A DNA stretch of 64,000 nt from an uncultured Thermoleophilia bacterium (GCA_963762125.1 CAVXJO010000001.1:72610-136609); one strand, 5' to 3'. Shown: positions 48,159 to 60,472, numbered from the stretch's first letter. A program made the numbers and translations. The notes: a model not told the origin generated them from the sequence alone.

Positions 48159-48890
48159 GTGGGTGACCCCGAGCCTGAAGCGAGCGTGGAATCGTCCTCC
48201 CGCGGCGCGGTCGGCGCGGCGACGGGCCGCCACGCGGTGCGCCGCGGCGGCGACGCCGCGCAGATCGGCGGCGACCCCAGGCGGGATATGTCGCCGCCTG
48301 CCCTCAACATTCTCGCCGCAGCCCAGCGCGTGCTCGTGGACAAGGGCTTCTCCGGGCTCACGCTGCGCGCCATCGCCCAGGAGTCGGGCGAGAACTCGGC
48401 GATGGTCCAGTACTACTTCGGGAACAAAGAAGGCCTCGTCAAGGCAATGATCGACTCTGTGTTCCGCGACGACCAGCAGGACGCGGCAGCCGCCATGAGC
48501 AGCGGCTCGAGCCGGGAGCGCTTGCCGAGGTTCGTCGATGGCCTGCGCACGATCAGCCTTTCGCGTTCCTTCCGCGTCTTCTTCGACATCCTTCCTTACT
48601 CGCTGCGCAACGAGGGGCTCAGGAGCCGCATGGCTCGCGCCTACGCCTCCTACCGACGCATCAAGCGCGACTGGCTGCGCGGCGAGGACCAGCCTTCGGC
48701 GTCCGAGCAGGAGGCTCTGCTCGGCGTCGCCGAGCTCGTGACGGCCGTGGTCGACGGCCTTGCCATCCAGGAGGCCATCGACGACCAGTTCGACATGCGC
48801 CGCGCGTACGCCGTGCTCGAGTTCATGTTGCAGCGGTCGCTGCCGGAACTGCTCGAGTCTGGTCTGCCCGGCGAGGTCGTCGCGGACTGA
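48159..48890 (+). CDS. TetR/AcrR family transcriptional regulator
   Basis: N-terminal HTH LTLRAIAQESGENSAMVQYYFGNKEGL. Divergent from mmsA. Confidence 0.8.
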   Translation: MGDPEPEASVESSSRGAVGAATGRHAVRRGGDAAQIGGDPRRDMSPPALNILAAAQRVLVDKGFSGLTLRAIAQESGENSAMVQYYFGNKEGLVKAMIDSVFRDDQQDAAAAMSSGSSRERLPRFVDGLRTISLSRSFRVFFDILPYSLRNEGLRSRMARAYASYRRIKRDWLRGEDQPSASEQEALLGVAELVTAVVDGLAIQEAIDDQFDMRRAYAVLEFMLQRSLPELLESGLPGEVVAD

Positions 48891-48897
48891 CGGACCG

Positions 48898-50605
48898 CTA
48901 GATCACTTGGCTCCCGCCGTGACCCGCGTCGTCGCGGGCCAGGAGCAGGAGTGTCACGTCGTCCTCAAGCACGCCGTCTCGCCCCGCTTGGACGCCGTCG
49001 ACGAGCGTCTGGAGGTCCGCGGCGCCGGTGGCGCGCCGCCGCCAGAGGTCGGCGACCGCGGGCAGAAATCCCGTCAGTCCCAGCCGCGCACCCGAACCGG
49101 GCGCCATGCGGGCCTCCACGATGCCGTCGCTGTACAGAAGGAGCCCCCACTCGTGCGGCAGGGTCACCTCGTGGGGCGCCCAGTCGCCGTACTGCTCCAC
49201 CCCGAGCATCATGCCGGGGGTGTGCTCCAGCGGGACGACCTCCGGCCCCATGAGCAGGGGCATCGGGTGGCCGGCGTTGACGAAGCGGGCGCGCCGGCCG
49301 GCGGCGTCGATCTCGACCGCACAGACGGTGGCGAGCAGGCCGAGGCCGAGCTCCCCCTGCTCGGCCCTGTCGCTCTCGTCGAGCGTCAGGCTGTTGAGAG
49401 TCTTCATGTTCGCCTGCAGGGACGCGCCGCGGAGGGCCAGGGCGCGCCAGGCGGCGCGGAGGCTGGCGCCGAGCGCCGCGGCATCCGGGCCGTGGCCGGT
49501 GACGTCGCCGATCACCGCGGCGAGCGACCCGTTGGGCCGCGTCACCGCGTCGATGAAGTCCCCGCCGAGCAGCATGCGCCCCTCGCCGGGTCGATAGAAG
49601 GTCGCGACCTGGATGAACGGCGTCTCCACCGTGACCGCCGGCGAGAGGCTCGCCTGGAACCGGCGATAGAGTGCGGCCACGTCCTGCTGCGCCTGGGCGC
49701 GCTGCGCCTGGGCGAGCGCCACCGCGGCGTGCTCGGCGAAGCGCTGCACCACGCCGAGGTCGCCGCGCTCCGGCTCGGGCATCCGCCGCGTCCAGCTCAG
49801 AGCCAGCAGCGCGACCGGCTGCTCGTCGAGCAGCACCGGGGCGCGGATGGCCGAGACCTGTTCGGGGATCGGAGGTGATCGCGCGTGGCACGCGCGGCCC
49901 GAACGGTTCGCGTACGTCGTGGATGAACTGCGGCAGCAGGTTCTCTGCAAGCTCCTGCTGCAGTTCGAACGAGGGCTCCATGATCAGGCGCTCGCCGGTC
50001 TTGGCCAGGAAGGGCGAGCGGGCCAGCAGCCGCAGCCGCTCGGCTTCGATCGCGAACAGCGCGACGAGGTCGCAGTCGAAGGTCTCGAGGGCGACGTCGC
50101 AGATCGCCCGGGCCACGGCCGCTGGGCCGCCCCTGGCGTGGAACAGCGGCGTCGCCCCGACCACCCGGTCGAGCGCGTCGCGCGAGCGGTGCGCCTGGTC
50201 CAGCGCGCGCGCCACCTGCCCACGGTAGCGGTCGCCCAGCAGTCCCACACTCAACCCGGCGACGAGCCAGAGGGCGATGACCGCCGCGGACGTCGGGCTC
50301 AGCACGAGCCATCGGTCGCTGACGGCGAGGAGGTCATAGGCGACGCCGCCCACGATGGCCAGAGCCATGCCGACGCGGGGCCCGCCGGAGACCGCCCCCG
50401 CGACCACGGTGAGGGAGACGAGAGCCGCCGGGAGACCGATGAAGCGGTCCTGCCAGTTCATGTGCTGGAACGGTAGGAGGAACACGACGATGAGGATCGC
50501 GCCCGCGACGAACAGACGCAGGGGCCGCGCGCGCAGGTACTCGGCCACGGCGAGGAGCCGTGACCGAACGGGGCCGAACGTATCTGTCTGTCGGGAGCCG
50601 GCCAT
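48898..50605 (-). pseudogene. membrane-anchored GAF-domain PP2C-family (SpoIIE-like) serine/threonine phosphatase, +1 frameshift near 49885
   Basis: N-part ORF 48965..50605: 4 TM helices plus a GAF-like region. C-part ORF 48898..49950: PPM motifs GGDFID, GDVTGHGPDAA, DGIVEA. The frames meet in a CCCC run, where deleting one C restores ITSDPEQVSAIRAP. Confidence 0.65.
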
Positions 50606-50638
50606 ACGGTAGTCCCGGCGCCGGAGCGGCGGGTCAGA

Positions 50639-51568
50639 TCAGCTGTACTTCACGCGCGGGTCGAGCCATGTGTAGGCAAGGTCTACTACGAAATTGCTCA
50701 CTGTGACAAGCAGGGCGGCGAAAAGAACGGTCCCCATGATGAGCGGCAGGTCCTGCGTCTGGATCGCCTGGTAGGCCTGCCCGCCGATGCCGGGGATGCC
50801 GAACACGATCTCGATGATGAGGACGCCGCCGAGGAACCAGCCGACGTCCATGCCCAGCAGCGTGACGATCGGGCTCCAGGCATTGCGCATGATGTGCCGC
50901 CAGACGACGGTGCGCTCCGGGAGACCCTTGGCCCGGGCCGCCTTCACGTAGTCGGCGCCGAGGATGTCGAGCATGCTGCTGCGCAGCATCCTCGAGTACC
51001 AGGCGGCGCCGCCCAAGCCGATCGTGAGCCCGGGTAGCACACCATAGATGGGCGCCGTCCAGCCCTCGTAGCCGCCCAGCGGGAAGATCTGCCACTGGAA
51101 GGCGAAGAGGTACATGAGGATCATGCCGAGGAAGAACGCCGGCATGCTCAGGAAGAGCAGGCTGAGCACGGTGAAGGTGCGGTCGCGGATGCCGTACTGG
51201 CGCAGGGCGCTGGTCATGCCGATCGGGATGCCGATGAGCAGCTCGAAGAAGACGCCGAACAGCGCCACCAGTACGGTCGCGGGGAAGCGCTGGAGGATGG
51301 CGGTCGCCACCGGCAGCTGGGTCTCGTAGCTGTAGCCCATGTCGCCGTGCACGAGGTGCCACAGATAGAGGCTGTACTGTCTCCAGATGGGCTCGTCGAG
51401 CCCCAGGGTGTGGCGGATCCTCGCGAGGATCTCCGGCGTCGCGTGCGTGCCGGCGATACTCTTGGCGGGGTCGCCGGGCACGGCGAAGGCAAGCAGGAAG
51501 GTGATGAGGCTCACGAAGAAGAGCACCACCACCATCCAGAGCAGACGCCGGACGATGTACTTACTCAT
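50639..51568 (-). CDS. dppB: ABC transporter permease (DppB/OppB type)
   Basis: MSKYIVRRLLWMVVVLFFVSLITFLL N-terminus and the conserved oligopeptide-permease core. Confidence 0.85.
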   Translation of the reverse strand: MSKYIVRRLLWMVVVLFFVSLITFLLAFAVPGDPAKSIAGTHATPEILARIRHTLGLDEPIWRQYSLYLWHLVHGDMGYSYETQLPVATAILQRFPATVLVALFGVFFELLIGIPIGMTSALRQYGIRDRTFTVLSLLFLSMPAFFLGMILMYLFAFQWQIFPLGGYEGWTAPIYGVLPGLTIGLGGAAWYSRMLRSSMLDILGADYVKAARAKGLPERTVVWRHIMRNAWSPIVTLLGMDVGWFLGGVLIIEIVFGIPGIGGQAYQAIQTQDLPLIMGTVLFAALLVTVSNFVVDLAYTWLDPRVKYS

Positions 51569-51609
51569 CGCGCCTCCTGCCCGCCCTGCGCCACGCCACG
51601 GTCATCGCC

Positions 51610-53292
51610 TCACTTGCCGTCGGTCTTCCAGTAGTCCTGGAAGGTGAAGATCCACACCGGACTGATGTAGTAGCCGCCGGTCGTCTTGCCGTACATGCCG
51701 TTCCACGTGGGCTGGTACAGCGGGGCCGTGGGCGCGTCGGCCATGATGATGTCCTGCATCTGCTGGAACATCCCGATGCGCGTGGCCGGGTCGAGCTCGC
51801 TTGCGGACTCCGCGTACAGCTTGTCGACCTCGGGGTTCTGATAGAAGCTCGAGTTCGCCCCGCCGTCGATCGGCTGCGTGAAGAGTGGCCCGATCCAGTC
51901 GCTCGGGTCGGGGAAGTCCTGGTACCAGTCGCTGAGACCGATGGCGGCGTGGGACTTCTTGAGGCTGATGTAGTCCCAGTAGGTGGCGCGGTCTATCTGT
52001 TTGATGTCCGCGTTGATGCCCACCGCTTTGAGGTCGGCCTGGATCGCCTGCGCCAGCTTGGGGAACGGGTCGACGTTATGGGTCACGAAGGTCGTCTTGA
52101 AGCCGCCTGGGAAGCCGGCCTCGGCGAGCAGCTGCTTCGCCTTCTCCGGGTCGTAGGAGAAGAACTGCGCGTCCGACTGATAGCCGGGCATGCCGTTGGG
52201 ATAGACCTGGTTGAGCGCCTGCCCCTGGCCGGCGAGCAGCTTCTGGATCTTCGCCGTATCGATCGCGTAGTTGACCGCTTGCCGGACCTTCTGGTCGTCA
52301 AACGGCTTCTCGAGCACATTCATGAAGGTGTAGTACCAGGCTATCTGCGGAGCGCTCACGATGAACTTGCTCCATGTCGGGTCGTTCTTCGTGCGGACGA
52401 AGTCCGCACTGGGGATGGAGTCGCCGAGCACGTCGACTTCTCCCCGCTCGAGCCTGAGCAGCGCCGTGCTCGGGTTGGCGGTGAAGTCGAACTCCATGTC
52501 GTCGACCCACTGACCGGTGTCGCCGGTCCAGTTGGCGTTCTTCTCGGCGCTGATGGACTGGCCGGCGGTCCAGTCCGTGATCACGTAGGGGCCGGTGCCC
52601 AGCGGCTTGCGCTTGATGTCCTTGCCGACCTTCTTGACCCACTCCCTGGACAGCACCGAGGTGAAGGGCATGCTCACGGCCATCAGGAACGCGCCGTCGG
52701 GCTTCTCCAGGGTGATCTCGACGGTGTACGGGTCGACGACCTTGTAGCCGCTGATCTCCTTGGCCTTGCCGTCCATGAAGTCCTGGGCGCCGACGATGCC
52801 GGTGTAGAAGAACGTCGCCGGCGCCAGGGGCTCCTTCATCATGCGCTCGAAGCTCCACTTGAAGTCCGCCGCCGTGACCTCGGTGTCGATCGGCTGGCCG
52901 AACTTGACGCCCTGCTTGAGATGGAAGGTGTACGTGAGGCCGTCGGCGGAGATGCCGCCGTTGTCGGCCGAGGGCACCTCGGTGGCGAGATCGGGGACGA
53001 GCTCTGTGCCCGCCTCACCTGACTTGCTCGCGTACGTGAGGAACGTCTGATACGTCAGCCGCTCGATGCTCCACGACTCGACTTCCCACGCGATCGCCGG
53101 GTCGAGCTCCGTCGGCTCGCCCTGGAAGGTGACGGCGAGCGTGCCTCCCTTGACCGGCGTGTCGAGCGAGGCCGCTGTGCTGCCGCCGGCGTCGCCCGAG
53201 CCGCTCGAGCCGCCGCAGGCGGCGAACCCAAGAGCGAGGGCCAGCAGCGCGACGACCGCCACCGCCACCCATGTTGTCCCGCGTCTCCGCAT
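51610..53292 (-). CDS. ABC transporter substrate-binding protein, family 5 (peptide/nickel, DppA-like), copy 1
   Basis: Lipoprotein-like signal (AACGGSSG) and SBP_bac_5 length and motifs. 45-50% identical by eye to the adjacent copy. Confidence 0.85.
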   Translation of the reverse strand: MRRRGTTWVAVAVVALLALALGFAACGGSSGSGDAGGSTAASLDTPVKGGTLAVTFQGEPTELDPAIAWEVESWSIERLTYQTFLTYASKSGEAGTELVPDLATEVPSADNGGISADGLTYTFHLKQGVKFGQPIDTEVTAADFKWSFERMMKEPLAPATFFYTGIVGAQDFMDGKAKEISGYKVVDPYTVEITLEKPDGAFLMAVSMPFTSVLSREWVKKVGKDIKRKPLGTGPYVITDWTAGQSISAEKNANWTGDTGQWVDDMEFDFTANPSTALLRLERGEVDVLGDSIPSADFVRTKNDPTWSKFIVSAPQIAWYYTFMNVLEKPFDDQKVRQAVNYAIDTAKIQKLLAGQGQALNQVYPNGMPGYQSDAQFFSYDPEKAKQLLAEAGFPGGFKTTFVTHNVDPFPKLAQAIQADLKAVGINADIKQIDRATYWDYISLKKSHAAIGLSDWYQDFPDPSDWIGPLFTQPIDGGANSSFYQNPEVDKLYAESASELDPATRIGMFQQMQDIIMADAPTAPLYQPTWNGMYGKTTGGYYISPVWIFTFQDYWKTDGK

Positions 53293-53370
53293 GGTCGAGG
53301 TCCTTTCCTGCCCCACCCTCAGGTCGGAACGTGAGCGGCGGACGGTCTCCCGGCCGCCCGCCGCTGGTGA

Positions 53371-55056
53371 TCAGTCCTTCCAGTACTGCGTCGGGTCGAT
53401 CTCGTACACCGGGTGCAGGTAGAAGCCCCCCGTCGTCTCCGTGCACATGGTCGTCTGGATCGGCTGGTAGCAGGGAACGTACGGGGCCTGCGTGGCGATG
53501 TACTCCTGCATGGCGGTGAACTTGTCGATGCGCGCCTGGGGGTCGGTCATGGCCTGGGCATCGGTGAACATCTTCTCCAGCTCAGAGCTCCACCAGAAGC
53601 TCGAGTTCATGCCGCCGGGCACCGCCGCCGACTTGCTGAACAGGGGCGCGATCCAGTCGCTCGGGTCCGGGAAGTCCATCCACCAGCCGAAGCTCCCCGC
53701 GGTGAGCGTCTTGGGCGTGGACTGCTGCGAATAGTAGCTGTTGTTGCTCATCGTCTTGAGCTCGGCCTGCACGCCCACGGCCTGCAGGTCCGCCTGCACC
53801 GACGTCCAGAGCTTGGGGTTAGGGTCGACGTTGTCCGTGTACAGCATCGTCTTGAACCCGTTGGGATAGCCGGCGGCGGCGAGGAGCTGTTTGGCCTTGG
53901 CCGGGTCGTAGCCGTAGTAGACCTTGTCTTCCTGATAGCCCGGCATGCCCTTGGGGTAGAACTGCCAGAGGCTCATCGCCTGGCCTCCCTGGAGCTTGAC
54001 GAGCTTGTCGCGGTCGATCGCCCAGCTGAGCGCCTGGCGCACCTTGACATCGTCGAAGGGCTTCATCCGCGCGTTCATGAACAGGTAGCTGATCGCGACC
54101 AGCGGCTGGGTGAAGATCTGCTGCTTCCACTTGGGGTCGGCCTTGACGCGCGCCAGGTCGGCTACCGGAATGCCGTCGCCGAGAACGTCCACCTCGCCGC
54201 GCTGGAGCTTGAGCAAGGCCGTGGACGGGCTGAACGAGAGCTGATAGTCGATCGTGTCGAGGTACGGCCTGCCCTGTTCCCAGTACTGCGGGTTGCGAGT
54301 GAGCACGATCTCGCGGCCGGGGGTCCATTTCTGGAATACGAACGGGCCGGTGCCCAGCGGGTGACGGTTGAACTGCTTGCCCCACTTCTCGACCCACTCC
54401 TTGGGCACGACGTCGCAGAAGTCCATGGTGACGGCGTTGAGGAAGGAGAGGTCGGGATTCTTGAGCGTGATCTCGATGGTGTAGTCGTCGACGGCCTTGA
54501 AGCCGGTGATCTCGGTGGCCTTGCCTTTCATGAACGCGTCGGCGCCGACGACTCCCATGTAGAAGGAAGTGGCCGGCGCACGCGGCTCGAGCATCATGCG
54601 CTCGAAGCTGTACTTGAAATCGGCCGCCGTCACCTCACGACTGACCGGCGGCTGGAACATGACGCCCTTGCGCAGGCGGAAGGTGTACGTCTTGCCGTCG
54701 GCCGAGATGCCGCCGTTGGCGCTGCTCGGCACTTCGCTGGCCAGGCACGGGACCAGTTCGGTGCCGGCCTGGCCGGGCTTTGACGCGTAGCGCAGGAAGC
54801 CCTGGTAGATATCGTGCTCGATCTGCCAGTCGATGACGTTCCAGGCCACCGCCGGATCGAGGCTCGAGGGCTCGGTCAGGTACGCCAGGGTGAGTGTGCC
54901 GCCCTGTTTGGGCTCATCCGACGACGAGGAAGGGGTGCTGCCCCCTCCGTTACCCGTCGTGGTGCCGCAGGCTGCCAGCCCGAGCGCCAGCACCAGGACG
55001 AGTCCCAGCACCGCGACGGTCGCGACGGCGCCTCCGCTGATCGAATGACGGTTCAT
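53371..55056 (-). CDS. ABC transporter substrate-binding protein, family 5 (DppA-like), copy 2
   Basis: Signal peptide plus lipobox LAACG. Same domain architecture as copy 1. AAGGAGG RBS. Confidence 0.85.
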   Translation of the reverse strand: MNRHSISGGAVATVAVLGLVLVLALGLAACGTTTGNGGGSTPSSSSDEPKQGGTLTLAYLTEPSSLDPAVAWNVIDWQIEHDIYQGFLRYASKPGQAGTELVPCLASEVPSSANGGISADGKTYTFRLRKGVMFQPPVSREVTAADFKYSFERMMLEPRAPATSFYMGVVGADAFMKGKATEITGFKAVDDYTIEITLKNPDLSFLNAVTMDFCDVVPKEWVEKWGKQFNRHPLGTGPFVFQKWTPGREIVLTRNPQYWEQGRPYLDTIDYQLSFSPSTALLKLQRGEVDVLGDGIPVADLARVKADPKWKQQIFTQPLVAISYLFMNARMKPFDDVKVRQALSWAIDRDKLVKLQGGQAMSLWQFYPKGMPGYQEDKVYYGYDPAKAKQLLAAAGYPNGFKTMLYTDNVDPNPKLWTSVQADLQAVGVQAELKTMSNNSYYSQQSTPKTLTAGSFGWWMDFPDPSDWIAPLFSKSAAVPGGMNSSFWWSSELEKMFTDAQAMTDPQARIDKFTAMQEYIATQAPYVPCYQPIQTTMCTETTGGFYLHPVYEIDPTQYWKD

Positions 55057-55096
55057 ACCTTCCTCCTTGGACGTTCCCATCCAGTATGTGTCGTGG

Positions 55097-56115
55097 TCAT
55101 CGTCTGCGCTGCTGTGGGTCGAAGGCGTCGCGCAAGCCGTCGCCAACAAGATTGAACGCGAGCACCGTGATCATGATCGCGAGACCGGGATAGATCACGA
55201 GGTGAGGCGCTGACAGATAGTACGACTGCCCCTCGCTGATCATCTGGCCCCACGACGGCGTCGGCGGCTGCACGCCGAGGCCGATGTAGCTCAGCGTCGC
55301 CTCGAAGAGAATCGTCGTGGCGAGGCCGAGGCTGGTGTAGACGAGGATGACCGCGACGAGGTGCGGCAGGATGTGGCGGGAGAGGATGCGTGCGCTGCTG
55401 CAGCCGGTGAGCCGCGCCGCGTCCACGAACTCCTTCTCGCGGATGCTGAGCACCTCGCCGTGGATCACGCGCGTCATGGGCGTCCAGTACACGATGCCGA
55501 TGACGAGGATCAGGATCCAGATACTCGGCTTGAGGACGCTCACCAGCGCCACGGCCAAGAGGATGATCGGAAACGCCATCATGACGTCTGTCGTGCGCAT
55601 GAGTAAGGTCTCGACGCCGCCGCGGAAGTAGCCTGCGGTGAGGCCGAAGATCACGCCGAGCACGAGTGCGAAGCCGTTGGCGAGCACGCCGACGACGAGG
55701 CTGACGCGGGCACCGTACATGAGGCGGCTGAGCAGGTCGCGACCGAGCGTGTCGGTGCCGAGCGGGAACTGGCTGGACGACCCTACCGGCATACCCTCCA
55801 TGGTCAGGCCCTCGTCGTACTGCTTGGTCGGGTCGTGCGGCGCGATCCAGGGCGCGAACACGGCGATGAGGACCAGACCGATGATGACGACGACGCCGAC
55901 CATCGCGAACTTGTCGCGGCGGAAGCGCCGCCAGATCTCGCCCCAGAGCGAGCGATGCTCGATGAGCAGGGCATCGGGGCTCCACATGCCGGCGGCGCCG
56001 ACGGCCCCGCCGATCTCGGCGGCGCCGGAGGCGCTCGAGCCGAGCCCGAGGTCGATCTCCGTCTCGGGCTCGAGGCCGCGGATCTCGTTGCCGCGTGGTG
56101 GGCGCAGGTCGTAGG

Positions 56116-56119
<4 letters not shown>
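55097..56119 (-). CDS. dppC: ABC transporter permease (DppC/OppC type)
   Basis: N-terminal OppC_N region followed by the BPD_transp_1 core. ATGA overlap with the upstream ATPase gene. Confidence 0.85.
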
Positions 56120-57209
<1,090 letters not shown>

Positions 57210-57213
<4 letters not shown>

Positions 57214-58226
57214 GCCGGCACCCCCGGCGCCTCGTCTGCGCGCAGCTGCTCGCGGTGGAAGCAGGCTGAGAGGCGGCCGACGTCGGTCGGCTCGAGCTCC
57301 GGCACGGCCGCCCAACACTCGTCGGTGGCCAGGTAGCACCGCGGCGCGAACGAGCAGCCCGGCGGCAGGTGCGCCAGGTCGGGCGGCAGGCCGGCGATGG
57401 TCTGCAGGGTCTCGCGCCGCGGCTCGTTCAGGCGGGGCACGCTCTTGAGCAGCCCCACGGTGTACGGGTGGTGCGGGCGCGCGAAGAGGTGTTTGGCAGA
57501 GCCGCTCTCGACGATGCGCCCGGCATACATGACGAGGATGCGCCGGCACATGCCGGCGACGACGCCGAGGTCGTGCGTGATGACGATCACCGCTGCCTCG
57601 TGCTCGCGCGAGAGCTTCTTCAGCAGGCGCAGGATCTGTGCCTGGATGGTCACGTCAAGCGCCGTCGTGGGCTCGTCGGCGAGCAGCAGCTTGGGGTTGC
57701 AGCTCAGTGCGATGGCGATCATCACGCGCTGGCGCATACCGCCGCTGAACTGGTGCGGGTAGTCCTTGATGCGGTTGGCCGCCTTGGGGATGCCGACCTC
57801 GCCGAGCAGCCCGATGGAACGCTTGATGGCGTCCGCATGGCTGAGACCGAGGTGGAGCTCGAGGCCTTCGGTCATGAGCCGCTCGATGCTGAGCACCGGG
57901 TTCAGGCTGGTGACCGGGTCCTGGAAGATCATTGAGATGTCGCGGCCGCGGACGGCGCGGATGTCGGACTCGGGGAGAGTGAGCAGGTCGCGGCCCATGA
58001 ACTCGACGGCCCCGCTCACCGTGGCGTTGGGTACCATGCCGGTGAGCCCGATGATGGCGCTGGCGGTGACGCTCTTGCCGCAGCCGCTCTCGCCGACGAG
58101 CCCGACGAGTTCGCCCGGCGCCACCTCAAAGCTGACGCCGTGCACCGCCTGCACCGTGCCTTCCTGAGACGCGAAGTCCACGGTGAGGTCGGTAAGCCGG
58201 AGAAGCGTGTTGCCCACAGCACCCAT
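57210..58226 (-). CDS. dppD: oligopeptide/dipeptide ABC transporter ATP-binding protein (DppD/OppD type)
   Basis: Walker [26 protein letters not shown], and the C-terminal oligo_HPY tail (HPYTVGLL...[10 protein letters not shown]). Confidence 0.85.
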
Positions 58227-58469
58227 GCCTCGCCAGTGTATAGCACGCATGTCGGCGAAATCGGGTGACGGCGGGCGGCCTCTTTGACGCGCGCGCGGCC
58301 GGCTGGTAGGCATGTGTCATGCATCCTGATCCGCGTTCACCGGTACGCGTCCCGTGCGCCCGGGGCTAATCGCTCTGCGGGCGAGCCCGCATGGCGCCGA
58401 CGTCACCGCCGCCGACCGGCGGACGGCGTCCACTTCATCGGAGGGCGGCTTCCGCGTCGTCCGGGAAGG

Positions 58470-59495
58470 ATGAGCACGATGGCCTTCGTCTCGACACGCC
58501 CCCTCGACCTTCGCACCGCCGCTCCGTTCGGCATCTCGCGCTGGACGAACAACGAGTTCACCCGCTTCGTGGTGGAGCTGCGCGATGGCGCCTTGGTGGG
58601 GATGGGGGAGGCCGCCCCGAACGCCCGCTACGGTGAGGCGCGCGCGCGCGACGTGGGCCTGCTGGTCGATCTCGCGCCGGACATCGCCGACCTCGAGGGC
58701 CCCGCCGCTGTCGAGGCATTCTGCGAGGGGTTGACGGCGGAGGGCGTGCCGGCTCTGCGGGCCGGCCTCAGCGCCGCCGCGTGGGACCTGGCCGGTAAGC
58801 AGGCCGGCGAGCCCGTCTGGCGGATGCTCGGCCTCGCTCGCCCGTCCGTGCGGACGTCGTACACGATCGCCATCGGCAAGCCTGAGGCGATGCTGGCGCA
58901 GGCGCGGGTCGCACGTGCGTTCGGCACCCTCAAGGTCAAACTGGGGTTCGACGGCGACATCGACCTGGCGCGCCGTCTCAAGCGGGAACTTCCGGAGACG
59001 AGGTTCCGCTACGACGTCAACGAAGGATGGGACCGCGAGCGGGCGGCTTCGGCGCTCGCGGTACTCGAGGATCTCGACGCCGAACTCGTCGAGCAGCCGC
59101 TCCCCGCCGCGGACATCGAGGGCGCGGCCTGGCTCAAGGAGCGCACGCATGTCCCCCTGCTCGCCGACGAGGCGGTGCTGACACTGGACGACCTCGACGC
59201 CGTGCACGACGCCTATGACGGCGTCGTGGTCAAGCTCGCCAAGGCCGGGGGCGTCGCCGCCGCTTTCGCCCTCCTCTCGGCCTGCACGGAGCTCGGTCTG
59301 CGGACGCTCATCGGCTGCATGGTGGAGTCCAGCCTCGGCATCGCCGCGGCGCTGCAGATCGCCGGACTGGCCGATCACGTCGACCTCGACGGGGCGCTCC
59401 TGCTCGCCGAGGACCCGTTCTCCGGCATCGCGGTGGACGGCGACAAGTTCACCGCGTCCGAGGAGCCCGGACTCGGAGTCCACCCGGTCGGCTGA
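58470..59495 (+). CDS. enolase-superfamily mandelate racemase/muconate lactonizing enzyme, probable L-Ala-D/L-Glu (dipeptide) epimerase
   Basis: KVKLG...DVNEGW...EQP...DE metal-ligand pattern of the MR/MLE family. Divergent from the dipeptide transporter. Confidence 0.65.
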   Translation: MSTMAFVSTRPLDLRTAAPFGISRWTNNEFTRFVVELRDGALVGMGEAAPNARYGEARARDVGLLVDLAPDIADLEGPAAVEAFCEGLTAEGVPALRAGLSAAAWDLAGKQAGEPVWRMLGLARPSVRTSYTIAIGKPEAMLAQARVARAFGTLKVKLGFDGDIDLARRLKRELPETRFRYDVNEGWDRERAASALAVLEDLDAELVEQPLPAADIEGAAWLKERTHVPLLADEAVLTLDDLDAVHDAYDGVVVKLAKAGGVAAAFALLSACTELGLRTLIGCMVESSLGIAAALQIAGLADHVDLDGALLLAEDPFSGIAVDGDKFTASEEPGLGVHPVG

Positions 59496-59634
59496 CGGGC
59501 GGAGTCACGCCGGCCGGCTCGCGTTGCGCGTCGGCGCCGCGGGCCCGGCCACGCCGAGCGCCTGCCCGGGGACCCTCGCAAGCGCCGCGCGCAGCGCAGG
59601 CCCGGTGCGCGCGGCCGGGCCGCGCTGCCTCCGC

Positions 59635-60453
59635 TCAGATCGTCGCGTGCGCCCCGGCGTCCACGTGCACGACCTCGCCCGTGATGGCGCGGCTGAGGTC
59701 GCTGAGCAGGAACACCGTCGCGTCCGCCACCTCGTCACTGGTCACGTTGCGGCGCAGCGGCGTGTGGCTCTCAAGGAGCTCGAGCATGCCGCTGAAGTCC
59801 TTGATCGTGCGCGCCGCCACGGTGGCGATGGGGCCTGCTGAGACCGCGTTGACGCGGATCCCGTCCGGCCCCAGGTCGGCCGCCAGATAGCGCACAGCGC
59901 TCTCGAGCGACGCCTTGGCTGGACCCATGACGTTGTAGTTGGGCACCACCCGCCAAGAGCCGGCGTACGTCATCGTGACGATCGCGCCGCCCCTCGTCAT
60001 GAGGCGGCGCGCCTCGCGCGCGATCGCGATCAGCGAGTACGAGCTGATGTCGTTGGCCTGTGCGAACCCGTCGCGCGTTGTCTCGACGAAGTTGCCCTGC
60101 AAGTCGTGCGCCGGCGCCCAGGCGATGCTGTGCACGAGCCCATCGAGCGCCGGCATCTGCTCCTGGAGTTCATCGACGGCATGCTGCACCGCCTGGTCGC
60201 TGCCCACGTCGAGCTCGATCATCGGCGCGCCGCCCAGTTCGTCGGCGAGCTGCCCGACGCGCCGCTTCAAACGCTCCGCTTGGTACGTGAGCGCCACGGC
60301 GCCGCCGTGACGCCTCACCGCCTTGGCCACTGCCCAGGCGATCGACCGCGAGTTGGCCGCGCCCGTCACGAGGAAGTTCTTGCCGTCCAGCAGGAGAGGG
60401 TGCGCCGGGGCAACTCCCTCAGTCGACCCAGCTTCGCCGATCGATTCGGTCAC
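59635..60453 (-). CDS. fabI: enoyl-[acyl-carrier-protein] reductase [NADH]
   Basis: VTGAANSRSIAW glycine-loop variant of FabI. Catalytic Y...K region (MTYAGSWRVVPNYNVMGPAKASLE) and C-terminal LLSD-L-ITGEVVHVDAG. Confidence 0.85.
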   Translation of the reverse strand: MTESIGEAGSTEGVAPAHPLLLDGKNFLVTGAANSRSIAWAVAKAVRRHGGAVALTYQAERLKRRVGQLADELGGAPMIELDVGSDQAVQHAVDELQEQMPALDGLVHSIAWAPAHDLQGNFVETTRDGFAQANDISSYSLIAIAREARRLMTRGGAIVTMTYAGSWRVVPNYNVMGPAKASLESAVRYLAADLGPDGIRVNAVSAGPIATVAARTIKDFSGMLELLESHTPLRRNVTSDEVADATVFLLSDLSRAITGEVVHVDAGAHATI

Positions 60454-60472
60454 GTTGCCTCCTGCGGTCGGA

